Source: Acidobacteriota bacterium (GTDB lineage: Bacteria; Acidobacteriota; Polarisedimenticolia; J045). From it: a stretch of 64,000 nt of DNA. Position numbers and translations under genes: made by a program. Position 1 is the stretch's first letter. Each line of letters begins with the position of its first letter. The stretch spans positions 7,879-71,878 of the forward strand of contig JANTFM010000001.1 in NCBI GenBank assembly GCA_024763475.1, written 5' to 3'. The notes below the pieces were generated by a model. The model made no database searches. It saw only the letters and a list, made by a program, of their open reading frames with translations, and was not told where the DNA came from. Of this stretch, positions 17,826 through 27,244 are shown piece by piece.

Positions 17826-18500
17826 ATGAGGAGGGGTCATCGTCGTCAGGCTGTGCTGGATGCTGCCCGGGTTGTGTTCGCCGAGCGCGGCTATCACGCG
17901 GCCTCCGTTGCGAACATCATTGAGGAAGCACGGATCGCCAGGGGTACCTTCTACCTCTACTTTGAAAGCAAGAGGGCCGTCTTCAGCGAACTGGTGGACC
18001 AGTTCCTGGCGGCTCTGCGGAACTCCGTCAAGGGCCTGAAGATCGGTCGCGAGGAGAATCCGCCCCATGAGCAGCTCCGCGCCAACTTCTCCCGCGTGCT
18101 TGCCCTGCTGGGGGAGGAACCGGAGATGGCGGTCATCCTCCTCGACCATGCCCATGGGTTAGATGAGGAAAGCGACCGGAAGCTGCTCGAGTTCTACGAC
18201 CAGATGGCTCACGGTCTCGAGCGGGCCCTCGAGGCGGGACGCGCTCTCGGCCTGGTCAGCATCGAAGACACCGAAATCGCCGCTCGCGCCGTCCTTGGTG
18301 GGCTCAAGGAGGTTGTTCGTTTCCTGACGATCCATGGGGGAGAGCCCCGTGATCACGAGCGCCTGGTTGACGATCTACTCCGGGTGACTTTGCGCGGCGT
18401 GCTCGATGGCCCGATGAAGCAACTGCTCGAGCCGGTTCTCTCGCCCCTGCCATCGTTGGACGTGGAAGACGAGGAGACGGGCGCCGGAGACGAACGATGA
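17826..18500 (+). CDS. TetR/AcrR family transcriptional regulator
   Basis: The N-terminal TetR_N HTH is RRQAVLDAARVVFAERGYHAASVANIIEEARIARGTFYLYFESKRAVF. Start is chosen at MRRGHRRQ (17826). Confidence 0.75.
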   Translation: MRRGHRRQAVLDAARVVFAERGYHAASVANIIEEARIARGTFYLYFESKRAVFSELVDQFLAALRNSVKGLKIGREENPPHEQLRANFSRVLALLGEEPEMAVILLDHAHGLDEESDRKLLEFYDQMAHGLERALEAGRALGLVSIEDTEIAARAVLGGLKEVVRFLTIHGGEPRDHERLVDDLLRVTLRGVLDGPMKQLLEPVLSPLPSLDVEDEETGAGDER

Positions 18501-20293
18501 GCGTTCGGCCCGAGCCTCCGCCCCGAGCTCACGGGGGAATGCCGCCTCCTCCGGATAGCGTGATCGATGCCCATCTCGAGCGAGAGCGGCAGCGTCTGCT
18601 GCGGGAGGCGGGTCTCGCCTCGTCGCCTCCCCAGCACTTGCGTAAGCTCGCCGAACACCCCTTTCTCGAGGAGGAACGCGATTCGGTCACGATCCTGACC
18701 GGGGGGTTCTCGCGGCATCATGACCTCTTTCTGCGCGCCGGTTTCCAGGGCCTCGGCTACACCAGGACCGAGCTCGTTCCAACGCCGACCAAGGCCGACT
18801 TTCAAGCAGGCAAGGAGTACGGCAACAACGGCCAGTGCAGCCCGACCTACTTCACCGTGGGTGCCCTGGTGAACTACCTGAAGCGGCTCAGGGACGAGGA
18901 AGGCCTGTCCACCGAGACGATCGTGAGGGACTACGTCTTCGTCACGATGGGGGCCTGCGGCCCCTGCCGCTTCGGCATGTACGAGTCGGAGTATCGCCTC
19001 GCCCTGCGCAATGCGGGCTTCGAGGGATTCCGCATCGTGCTGTTCCAGATCAAGGGCGGTGTGCACCAGGTCAACGGCCAGAAGCCGGGGATCGCGTTCG
19101 ACCTCGACTTCTTCCTCACCTTCGGCAACCTGGTCATGCTTGCCGACCTCGTCAACGAGGTGGCGCGCCAGATTCGCCCCTACGAAGTGGTCCCGGGCCG
19201 GACGGATCGCGTCTTCGAAAAGGTGCAGGAGAAGATCCAGGCCGGGCTCCGTGAGCTCAGCCTTCATGTCGAGCGCCCGAGTGCCCCCGCGCGACTCCTC
19301 GCCCCGCTTCTCCCGCTCAAGGACTCCGCTGAGGTCGATAAGTTCCTGGCGCAGCTGCGCTCACAACACTTCGTTTCGATCCTCGAAGAGTGTGCACGCC
19401 TGATCGACGAAGAGATCGAGGTCGACTACACGAGGCCGCGTCCCAAGGTAAAAGTCACTGGTGAATTCTGGGCCACGCTGACAGAGGGTGACGGGAACTA
19501 CAACATGTACCGCTACCTCGAGAGCCAGGGTGCGGAGGTGGCAGCCGAGCCGATCACGACCTGGATCACCTTCCTGGTTTCCCAAGCCCGGGTCTACGCA
19601 AAGGACGCCAAGGGTCTCGCCAGTGCCGAGGTCGAAGGGGGTTTCGCTCGTCTTCGCGCACGGGCGGGGGAAGAGCTCCAGCACCACAAGCGCATGCTCG
19701 TTCTTGGAGTCACAGAGAGGATCCTCAAGCGTGAGTACGATCGCCTGCGCGCCGCCCTTGGCGGCACCGCGAACCAAAGCGCGGATCACGACGAACTCCG
19801 GCGTCTCGCCCACTCCTTCTACAACTCGCGCTCGCAGGGCGGGGAGGGGCACATGGAGGTCGCCAAGACCATCTACTACTCGAGTCGCGGCCTGGCGCAC
19901 ATGGTGCTCAGTCTCAAACCCTTCGGTTGCCTGCCATCCACGCAGTCGGACGGCGCACAGGTCGCCGTGCTGGCCCAGTATCCACAGGCGACCTTCCTGC
20001 CGGTCGAAACCTCCGGCGAAGGGGATATCAACGCCTACAGCCGGGTCCAGATGGTGCTCGCGGAGGCCAAGACGAAGAGCCGGGACGAGTTCCAGGAGTC
20101 CATCGCGAAGACCGGTTTCTCCCTCGAGGAGATCCGGGACTATGCAGCGGGGAGGCGGGAGCTCAGACGCCCCCTGCAGCAGGTCCCGAAGATCGAGGGT
20201 GTCGCGGGCCGGGCGGCACGTTTCGTCCAGTACGTTGCCGGCTTGATGCGCGAGGACGGCCTGCGCCCGGATCCCGCGCCATGCCCGAGATAG
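18497..20293 (+). CDS. CoA-enzyme-activase-associated protein (DUF2229 / 2-hydroxyacyl-CoA dehydratase-related; conserved Cys motif ACGPCRFG)
   Basis: 598 aa. The ATGA start overlaps the TetR stop. The segment MGACGPCRFGMYESEYRLALRNAGFEGFRIVLF and the overall composition resemble the DUF2229 component that partners with BadF/BadG/BcrA/BcrD-type activases. Assignment is by motif recollection, not by search. Confidence 0.5.
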   Translation: MSVRPEPPPRAHGGMPPPPDSVIDAHLERERQRLLREAGLASSPPQHLRKLAEHPFLEEERDSVTILTGGFSRHHDLFLRAGFQGLGYTRTELVPTPTKADFQAGKEYGNNGQCSPTYFTVGALVNYLKRLRDEEGLSTETIVRDYVFVTMGACGPCRFGMYESEYRLALRNAGFEGFRIVLFQIKGGVHQVNGQKPGIAFDLDFFLTFGNLVMLADLVNEVARQIRPYEVVPGRTDRVFEKVQEKIQAGLRELSLHVERPSAPARLLAPLLPLKDSAEVDKFLAQLRSQHFVSILEECARLIDEEIEVDYTRPRPKVKVTGEFWATLTEGDGNYNMYRYLESQGAEVAAEPITTWITFLVSQARVYAKDAKGLASAEVEGGFARLRARAGEELQHHKRMLVLGVTERILKREYDRLRAALGGTANQSADHDELRRLAHSFYNSRSQGGEGHMEVAKTIYYSSRGLAHMVLSLKPFGCLPSTQSDGAQVAVLAQYPQATFLPVETSGEGDINAYSRVQMVLAEAKTKSRDEFQESIAKTGFSLEEIRDYAAGRRELRRPLQQVPKIEGVAGRAARFVQYVAGLMREDGLRPDPAPCPR

Positions 20294-23200
20294 CCTCGGG
20301 ACACAGGCGCCCGTACAGCGAGGTCCTGGTCATCGGGCTCGATGTCGGGAGCACGACGGTCAAGGCCGTCGTCGTCGAACCCGGCCAACAGGTCGTGATC
20401 TATCGGAACTACCGTCGGCACGAGGCGCGTCAGACCGAGCTATGTCTCGAGTTTCTCGAGCAGATAGAAAAGGAACTCTCGCCCCACGCTGAAGCAGGAT
20501 TCCGGATCGCCGTCACGGGCTCGGGTGGCAACGAGATCGCGGAGCGTCTCGGCGCCCCCTTCGTCCAGGAGGTCAGCGCCATCAGCCTGGCCGTGACGAG
20601 GCTTTATCCCGAGGTTCGGAGTGTCGTCGAACTCGGCGGCCAGGATGCGAAGATCATCATCTTCAAGGAGGACCCGGCGACCGGTCGTAAGAAGACCTAT
20701 CCCTCGATGAATGACAAGTGTGCCGGCGGCACGGGATCGGTGATCGACAGGATCAGTGCCCGGCTGAACGTCCCTCCCGGGGACGTCGCCACCATGCGCT
20801 ACGAGGGCGTGCGTCTGCATCCCGTGGCGGGCAAGTGTGGTGTCTTCGCCGAGACCGACATCAATAGCCTGGTCAAGCAGGGCATCCCCACGGACCAGCT
20901 CGTTGCCTCTCTCTTCGAGAGCATCGTTCAGCAGAATCTTTCGGTTCTGACCCGGGGGCATACGCTGATGCCCCAGGTGCTCCTGCTCGGCGGCCCCAAC
21001 CACTACATTCGCGGGCTCGTCGAGTGTTGGAGGCACAACATCCCCCTGCTCTGGAAGGAGCGAAAGGTCACGCTGCCCGCGGGCCAGAGCATCCGTGAGC
21101 TGATCGTCGTCCCGGAAAACGCCCACTACTTTGCTGCATTGGGCGCCGCAGAGACGGCCGAGGAGGAAGCGAACGATGATCCATCGTTCGGGATCTACCA
21201 CGGGTGTAAGGTGCTGCGCAGCAGCTTGGCGCGGGACGAGGGGGCCGCTCGGCTCAGAACGGGACTGAGCCCTCTCTGCCAGAGTGAGGAAGAGCAGGCC
21301 CGCTTCGAAGAGCAGTATCGCCCGCCGCCATGGGAGCCGGTGCGCTTCGAGGCGGGCACCCGAGTCGAGGCCTACCTCGGCCTCGACGGCGGATCAACGA
21401 GCACCAAGGCCGTACTCCTCGACCCCCGGATGCGGGTTCTCGCCAAGGCCTACCAGCTGAGCCGTGGGAATCCGATTCAGGACGCCAAGGAGATGTTCGC
21501 GTCGCTCGAGTCGCAGATCCTCGAGCAGGACTGCACGCTCGAGATCCTGGGGCTGGGAACGACCGGGTACGCCAAGGACATCCTCAAGGATGTCTTCCGA
21601 GCCGACGTGGCTCTCGTGGAGACCGTGGCCCACACCCAGGCGGGACTGCACTACTTCTCAGGATCGGATGTGATCATCGACGTGGGTGGTCAGGACATTA
21701 AGCTGATCTTCCTCAAGAACGACGCGGTCCACGATTTCAAGTTGAATACCCAGTGCTCGGCGGGAAATGGCTACTTCCTGCAGGGAACCGCCGAGGCCCT
21801 CGGCTTCCGCGTCGAGGACTACGCGGACATCGCCTTCTCAGCCCGTGCGATGCCCGAATTCGGCTACGGGTGTGCGGTGTTCATGCAGACCGACATCGTG
21901 GATTTCCAGCGCCAGGGATGGAGTGCCGAGGAGATCATGGCGGGGCTCGCCGCCGTGCTGCCGAAGAACATCTGGCTCTATGTCGCCAAGATTTCCAACC
22001 TGCCCAAGCTCGGCCGGAAGTTCATCCTGCAGGGTGGGACCCAGCACAATCTCGCTGCGGTCAAGGCTCAGGTCGACTTCATTTCCTCGCGTTTCGTCGG
22101 TTCCGGCGTAGAGCCCGAGGTGATCGTCCATCCGCACTGCGGGGTGTCGGGGGCGATTGGTTGTGCGCTCGAGGTGCACCGTCTTCACGAGGAGCAGGGG
22201 CAGGAGACTCGTTTCATCGGCCTCGCGGCGGCCCAGGACATCGGCTATCACGCGATACGGGGAGAAGAAACCCGCTGCGGCTTCTGCAAGAACAAGTGTC
22301 TGAGGACCTTCATCGATCTCTCGGGCGGGGAACGCATCATCATCGCGACCTGTGAGAAGGGCTCGGTGGAAGAGCTTGCTGACATGAAGCGGATCAAGAA
22401 GGGACTCGATGCCGCGAAGCGGGCCAACCCCAATCTGGCGGAGATCTCGGCCCGTGAGGTGTTTCGTCCCGTAGAGGTTCTCCAGAGTCGTTCTGGCCCC
22501 GTGGAACGACGTCGTGCAGCCCTGCCCTTCGTGAAAGGGAGAGCAGCTCGGCGGGCGGAACGTGTCGAGAGACGTGAGCGTGTGCGGATCGGCATGCCTC
22601 GCGTCATGAATCTTTACTCGATGGCGCCGGTGTTCATGGGCTACTTCCAGAGTCTGGGCGTAGCGGCGGAGAACCTCGTCTGGTCCGACTACAGCTCCGA
22701 GGAGCTCTACCGCGGCGGGGCGAAACGTGGAAGCATCGACCCCTGTTTCCCGAGCAAACTGGGCATTCCCCATCTTCACAACCTGATGGAGAAGAAGCAC
22801 ACGGCGGACAGGCCGCTTTCCCACATCTTCTTCCCGATGATCGACACGCTCCCCACGGTGCTCGTCGGGACGATTGCCAACCGTGCCTGTCCCACCGTCT
22901 GCAACACGCCCGAAGCCGTGGGTGCGGCCTTCATCAAGGAGGGCGATCTCTTCGCGGAACAGGGCATCGTCTTCAAGAAGACCTTCTGCAACATCGACAA
23001 CCCGCTCCTCCTCGCGCGACAGCTCTTTCTCGACTGGAAGGACGAGATCGGCGTCACCGAAGAAGAGTCCCGTTTCGCGGTTCGCCAGGGTCTTGCCGCC
23101 CTCGAGGCCTTCGAGGCGGCGCGGCGCGCTGAGTCCCGCAAGATCATCGATCGTCTTGAGCGGGAGGGCGGCATTGGGCTCGTGCTGCTCGCGAGGCCCT

Positions 23201-23757
23201 ACCACAACGACCCGGGGATCAACCACGAGATCTGCGCCGAATTCCCCAAGCTCGGCTACCCGGTACTGACCCAGTCCAGCCTGCCGCTGGACGAGGACCT
23301 GCTCCTACGCCTTTTTGGCGATGAGATCGACAGGGGCGAGGTGGCGCACCCGATGGATATCGGCGAGGTGTGGAAGAACTCCTACTCGGAGAACTCCTCC
23401 CGCAAGATCTGGGCGGCCCGCTTCGTGGCCCGCCATCCCAACCTCGTCGCCCTTGAGCTGTCCAACTTCAAGTGTGGCCACGATGCGCCGATCTACAGCC
23501 TGGTGGAAGAGATCATCGGCCGCTCAGGAACCCCTTACTTCTCTTTCAAGGACATCGACGAGAACCGTCCCGCCGGATCGATCAAGATCCGCGTCGAGAC
23601 CATCGCCTACTTCCTCGAGCGCTACCACCAGAAACTCAAGCAGGAGCTTGCCACCCGGAGGGCGATCGCCCTTCACCTGGAGAAACTCCAGCGGGAGCTG
23701 CGTGGCGGGGGGCACGGGACGAACGCCAACAGCTCGGGGTTTCCTTCGCGGGGATAG
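20281..23757 (+). CDS. Acyl-CoA dehydratase activase-related protein: two tandem BadF/BadG/BcrA/BcrD-type ATPase (ASKHA) domains + C-terminal HgdB/2-hydroxyglutaryl-CoA dehydratase D-component-like domain
   Basis: Start is at MPEIASGHRRPYSEVLVIGLDVGSTTVKAVVVEP (20281, 13-nt overlap with the upstream gene); the extension from 19927 is rejected. A second activase domain begins at AYLGLDGGSTSTKAVLLDP. The C-terminal part contains the Cys-rich segment IANRACPTVCNTPEA typical of the dehydratase D-component. Confidence 0.65.
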   Translation: MPEIASGHRRPYSEVLVIGLDVGSTTVKAVVVEPGQQVVIYRNYRRHEARQTELCLEFLEQIEKELSPHAEAGFRIAVTGSGGNEIAERLGAPFVQEVSAISLAVTRLYPEVRSVVELGGQDAKIIIFKEDPATGRKKTYPSMNDKCAGGTGSVIDRISARLNVPPGDVATMRYEGVRLHPVAGKCGVFAETDINSLVKQGIPTDQLVASLFESIVQQNLSVLTRGHTLMPQVLLLGGPNHYIRGLVECWRHNIPLLWKERKVTLPAGQSIRELIVVPENAHYFAALGAAETAEEEANDDPSFGIYHGCKVLRSSLARDEGAARLRTGLSPLCQSEEEQARFEEQYRPPPWEPVRFEAGTRVEAYLGLDGGSTSTKAVLLDPRMRVLAKAYQLSRGNPIQDAKEMFASLESQILEQDCTLEILGLGTTGYAKDILKDVFRADVALVETVAHTQAGLHYFSGSDVIIDVGGQDIKLIFLKNDAVHDFKLNTQCSAGNGYFLQGTAEALGFRVEDYADIAFSARAMPEFGYGCAVFMQTDIVDFQRQGWSAEEIMAGLAAVLPKNIWLYVAKISNLPKLGRKFILQGGTQHNLAAVKAQVDFISSRFVGSGVEPEVIVHPHCGVSGAIGCALEVHRLHEEQGQETRFIGLAAAQDIGYHAIRGEETRCGFCKNKCLRTFIDLSGGERIIIATCEKGSVEELADMKRIKKGLDAAKRANPNLAEISAREVFRPVEVLQSRSGPVERRRAALPFVKGRAARRAERVERRERVRIGMPRVMNLYSMAPVFMGYFQSLGVAAENLVWSDYSSEELYRGGAKRGSIDPCFPSKLGIPHLHNLMEKKHTADRPLSHIFFPMIDTLPTVLVGTIANRACPTVCNTPEAVGAAFIKEGDLFAEQGIVFKKTFCNIDNPLLLARQLFLDWKDEIGVTEEESRFAVRQGLAALEAFEAARRAESRKIIDRLEREGGIGLVLLARPYHNDPGINHEICAEFPKLGYPVLTQSSLPLDEDLLLRLFGDEIDRGEVAHPMDIGEVWKNSYSENSSRKIWAARFVARHPNLVALELSNFKCGHDAPIYSLVEEIIGRSGTPYFSFKDIDENRPAGSIKIRVETIAYFLERYHQKLKQELATRRAIALHLEKLQRELRGGGHGTNANSSGFPSRG

Positions 23758-23871
23758 AGCGGGTTGTGCCCGCATGCCGGTGGGTCAAGGGCAGGAAAGC
23801 GGAGTCGGACCTTCGTGCCTGCACGCGCGGGCACGGCCAGCTGTGCCCTTGAGATCCGGTGGAAGGAGGGC

Positions 23872-25887
23872 CTATCCATACTCCTTCCAGATTGGTCTGA
23901 CCTTGCCAGTAGGCGCCTCGATCGTACAGAAAAGCCCGCGCACCAGGAAGTAGCACGCCAGGGCCAGGGGCAGGTTGCCCAACCAGAGCAGGGGGACGGC
24001 AAGGGGGATCGCGCGGGCGAGCCGCCTCAAGAGGATCATCGGCAGCACCAGGAGGGCCTCCGAGAAGCCGGAGATGTCTTCGATAATGGTTGCCAGGTAG
24101 TAGGCGGCAACAAGGCCGAAAAGGCCGAGGTAGCAGGTCGTGGCGATCCAGCGGGCGACCCGGGGGTGCTGCCGGAGAAGATTGAGAGACCAGAGGAGTG
24201 TGACAAGCAGGATGGCGACGCCACAGCCAACGGCGTAGAGGCCCGTCCTGGAGGTGGCCGCGTCTCCCTCGAAGCCGGGGACAAGGAAGGTCGAACCCTG
24301 GGCGGGTTCTTGGCGGAGGCCTTTCCATATCGGATTGTCATCGTCGGGGTCCGTGAATGCCTCGTCTGCGAACAAGGCTCTCCCGTGAACGGCCCGGACC
24401 GCACGATTGGCCTGCAGGGCACGAAAACGGTCGGAGCTGTCCGCCCCGGATTCATACGGATTGTAGACGGCGCTTGAGCTTCCCGGGTAGAGCCGGTGCT
24501 CCCGCGGAGTGTAGGCCTCGCCCCAGGGAGCGGTCACCGTCGGCACGGGCGCATCGGTCAGAATCTCCCAGGTTTCGGGAGGGACATGCAGGCGCCGCTG
24601 TGAGGACCGGACGTGGGATGCGGGATCAGAATCCAGCAGGCCGAGCCCGCCAAGACTCCCCCCAACCACCATCGGGATCAGCAGGGTGAGGGCCACGTAA
24701 GCGAAGATCCGTCCGCGCGGAATCGGCAGATGGTCGATCCTGTGAAGGCGGATCACCGCCTGCTCAAGGATGCTTACGGGCCAAAGCAGGCTGATAAACA
24801 GATGGGGCATCGGGTTCCCGCCCGAGCCATAGCTCAAGACCGTCGCAAGTCCGATGAAGGTGCAACCCCCTGCAATCATCCAGTTTAGCCAGTGATTGAT
24901 CAGGGTCGAGAAGATCGTTCGGTGCAGAATCCAGCGGTCGTCGACACCAACCTGGGTGAGTGCGGCTGAATCAACCTGGGAGAGTTGGTCCGGATCGAGA
25001 AGGGGAGCCGGATCAACCTGGGTCGGGTGTTGGGGGACACCGTTTTGGGTGAGTGCGGCTGGGCTGTCGACACCAACCTGGGTGAGTGCTGCTGAATCAA
25101 CCTGGGAGAGTTTGTCCGGATCGAGGAGTGGAGCCGAATCAACCTGGGTCGGGCGTTGGGGGACACCGTCTTGGGTGAGTGCTGCTGAATCAACCTGGGA
25201 GAGTTGGTCCGGATCGAGAGGGGGAGCTGAATCAACCTGGGTGAGGGGGGGAAGCTGTGTGGGGGCGAGCAGGTAGGCCAGGGGCGTGTGGGCGTGGATG
25301 AAGGCGCCGGCGGCGAGGGCGGCGAGCGCCGGGAGCAGGACGCTGATCCAGGAGAGAGGGACCAGGCCGACGTAGAGCACCGCTGCACAGGAGAGGCTCG
25401 CGACGTAGATCAGGTAGTGCGGTCCGGTCTGCACCATGTGGAGATCGGAATCGAGGCATTGGAAGAGGAACGCGACCAGCATCAGCACTGTGCAGCCACG
25501 CAAGCCGGCGATAAGCAGCAGCTCCCCAACCTCTCCACGGGCTCCACTAGCTGCGATGAGGGTCGCGAGGGAGAGCGGAAGCACGCTGGCGAGAAGAATG
25601 GACAGGATTCTCACCCGCCAGAGGGTAGGTGCCGCGATGGGAAGGGCCAGGGCCATTCGGCTCGCACGGGTCATGAAGTTCTGCTGGAACAAGATCGTGA
25701 GCGAGCTAAACACCACGAGGGTCGTGGCGAAGAAGATCCAGCCCCTCGTGCTTCCCGAGAGCGCTTCTGTCGACGCGGGAAGAGTGCTCGCGAGGGAGCG
25801 AAAGAGAAGGCCGACCAGGCCTCCGCCCAGCAGGAGCAGGCCAAGTCCGCGACATGCCGGATCCTGCCTGAAGAGCGTGACGATCAT
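23872..25887 (-). CDS. ABC transporter permease-like polytopic membrane protein (partner of the upstream ATPase) with an internal repetitive insertion
   Basis: Start is at MIVTLFRQ (25887); the extension to 26190 overlaps the ATPase gene and is rejected. There are multiple hydrophobic helices. A cytoplasmic or periplasmic low-complexity repeat LTQVDSAPLLDPDQLSQVDSAA x3 interrupts the protein. Confidence 0.5.
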   Translation of the reverse strand: MIVTLFRQDPACRGLGLLLLGGGLVGLLFRSLASTLPASTEALSGSTRGWIFFATTLVVFSSLTILFQQNFMTRASRMALALPIAAPTLWRVRILSILLASVLPLSLATLIAASGARGEVGELLLIAGLRGCTVLMLVAFLFQCLDSDLHMVQTGPHYLIYVASLSCAAVLYVGLVPLSWISVLLPALAALAAGAFIHAHTPLAYLLAPTQLPPLTQVDSAPPLDPDQLSQVDSAALTQDGVPQRPTQVDSAPLLDPDKLSQVDSAALTQVGVDSPAALTQNGVPQHPTQVDPAPLLDPDQLSQVDSAALTQVGVDDRWILHRTIFSTLINHWLNWMIAGGCTFIGLATVLSYGSGGNPMPHLFISLLWPVSILEQAVIRLHRIDHLPIPRGRIFAYVALTLLIPMVVGGSLGGLGLLDSDPASHVRSSQRRLHVPPETWEILTDAPVPTVTAPWGEAYTPREHRLYPGSSSAVYNPYESGADSSDRFRALQANRAVRAVHGRALFADEAFTDPDDDNPIWKGLRQEPAQGSTFLVPGFEGDAATSRTGLYAVGCGVAILLVTLLWSLNLLRQHPRVARWIATTCYLGLFGLVAAYYLATIIEDISGFSEALLVLPMILLRRLARAIPLAVPLLWLGNLPLALACYFLVRGLFCTIEAPTGKVRPIWKEYG
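24930..25260. repeat. Imperfect tandem repeats (~93-123 bp period, ~3.3 copies) inside the permease CDS
   Basis: Read directly: recurring GGGTGAGTGC(G/T)GCTGAATCAACCTGGGAGAGTT(G/T)GTCCGGATCGAG...GAATCAACCTGGGTCGGG(T/C)GTTGGGGGACACCGT. Confidence 0.8.
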
Positions 25888-25972
25888 CGCTGGCCTCCCA
25901 TGACCTCGATGAAGATCTCCTCGAGCGTGACGATCATCGCTGACCTCCCATGACCTCGATGAAGATCTCCTC
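25873..25972. repeat. Near-perfect 50-bp tandem duplication (2 copies, 1 mismatch) spanning the ABC-ATPase stop / permease start junction
   Basis: Read directly: AGCGTGACGATCATCGCTG(G/A)CCTCCCATGACCTCGATGAAGATCTCCTCG x2. On the coding (minus) strand this yields ...LEEIFIEVMGGQR* (ATPase end, ATGA), a 17-codon mini-ORF MIVTLEEIFIEVMGGQR* (ATGA), then the permease MIVTLFRQ... Confidence 0.85.
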
Positions 25973-26830
25973 GAGCGGGATCGGCTGGCAGCGGGCGGCG
26001 CTGACTCCCAGGGAGTCTCGGAGGAGCTTGATGCTGGAGTCGGGTTCGAGCTGGAGGATGGCGTGGAGTGAGTCGACTCGATCGCGGACAGCAAGGCAGC
26101 CATCGAGTGCGAGAAGCCGCTCGGGAGTTGCTCCCGAGTCGTGGGGTATGAGCGCGAGCGAGTACTGCTCGTGCAGCTGGTCGAGATCACTGTCGATCAG
26201 GACACGGCCGTCCTCCAGCATCACGACTCGGTTGGCCATGCGCTCCACATCTCCCATGTAGTGGGAAGAGAAGAGGATCGACGAGCCGGAGTCCGCCAGG
26301 TAGCGAATAGAGGTCTCGAGAAACTCCCGCCGGACGGCTGGGTCGAGTCCACCGCCGGGTTCGTCGAGGAGCAGCAGCGGAGGGCGGTGGGACATTGCGC
26401 AAACCAGCGCGACTTGGCGTGCTTGTCCCTTGCTGAGGGTCTTGATCTTCGCGTTGTGAGAGATCCGGAACTGATCCAGCAGCTGCTCCTCGAACGCTCG
26501 GTCCCAGGTTGGGAAGAGCTTCCGGTGCAACTGGATCACCTCCTTTACGCGCAGGAAGTCGGGGAGGACCTGCTCCTCGGCGACGTAGCCCACCTGTCGC
26601 TTGACCTCTAGCGGCTTCCTGCGGGGGTCCAGCCCCAGGACCCTCACCTGGCCGGCTTGAGGGGCGAGCAGGCCCATCGCGATGCGAACCAGGGTCGTTT
26701 TTCCCGCACCGTTTCTGCCCAGAAGGCCGAGGACTTCCCCCTGCTCCACGGAAAAGGAGACCGAGTCCAAGACCGTGACCCCACGCTGGAACGAACGCTG
26801 GATGTTGTTGAATTCTATGATCTTGCTCAT
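25934..26830 (-). CDS. ABC transporter ATP-binding protein
   Basis: Walker A is GRNGAGKTT, the ABC signature is LSKGQARQ, and Walker B is LLLLDEPGGGLD. The start overlaps the GntR stop (ATGA). Confidence 0.85.
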   Translation of the reverse strand: MSKIIEFNNIQRSFQRGVTVLDSVSFSVEQGEVLGLLGRNGAGKTTLVRIAMGLLAPQAGQVRVLGLDPRRKPLEVKRQVGYVAEEQVLPDFLRVKEVIQLHRKLFPTWDRAFEEQLLDQFRISHNAKIKTLSKGQARQVALVCAMSHRPPLLLLDEPGGGLDPAVRREFLETSIRYLADSGSSILFSSHYMGDVERMANRVVMLEDGRVLIDSDLDQLHEQYSLALIPHDSGATPERLLALDGCLAVRDRVDSLHAILQLEPDSSIKLLRDSLGVSAARCQPIPLEEIFIEVMGGQR

Positions 26831-27228
26831 GGTGTCTCACTTTTCGAGAGCAGGTCCTCGAAGAGGGCCACGGCTTGGCGGGGCTCGACTCCGAGTTGCC
26901 GGACGAGATGAACGGCCTTGTTGAGCTCTTCACTCAAGCGCTCGAGCCGCTGCGTTTCGAGAGGCTTGGAGTCGAAGGGCCGCACCACCAGGGGCAGGCC
27001 GGGCCGGCGTTGGACGATCCCTTCTTGTTCCAGGAGCCCGTACGCCTTGCTGATCGTCATCGGATTGATTCCGAGCTGAGCAGACAGGCTGCGGGTCGAT
27101 GGCAGCGCATCCCCGGGATGAATCGCTCCGCCGGCGACCAGCAGCCGGACCTGTTCGATCAGCTGCCGGTAGACCGGGATCCCGGACGAGGGGTCGATCA
27201 GGATCAGGAGCTTGGCGGGTTCGGACAT
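26827..27228 (-). CDS. GntR family transcriptional regulator, YtrA-like subfamily (short C-terminal domain)
   Basis: 133 aa. The GntR wHTH is IYRQLIEQVRLLVAGGAIHPGDALPSTRSLSAQLGINPMTISKAYGLLEQEGIV. It is first in a GntR-ABC ATPase-permease operon, typical of ytrA-type modules. Confidence 0.75.
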   Translation of the reverse strand: MSEPAKLLILIDPSSGIPVYRQLIEQVRLLVAGGAIHPGDALPSTRSLSAQLGINPMTISKAYGLLEQEGIVQRRPGLPLVVRPFDSKPLETQRLERLSEELNKAVHLVRQLGVEPRQAVALFEDLLSKSETP

Positions 27229-27244
27229 GGGGTGCTGACTCCAG

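Noticed and set aside
19927-20280. 5' extension of the double-activase gene into the preceding gene
   Set aside because: This would overlap the upstream CDS by 366 nt in another frame. The Met at 20281 immediately precedes the conserved VIGLDVGST ATPase start.
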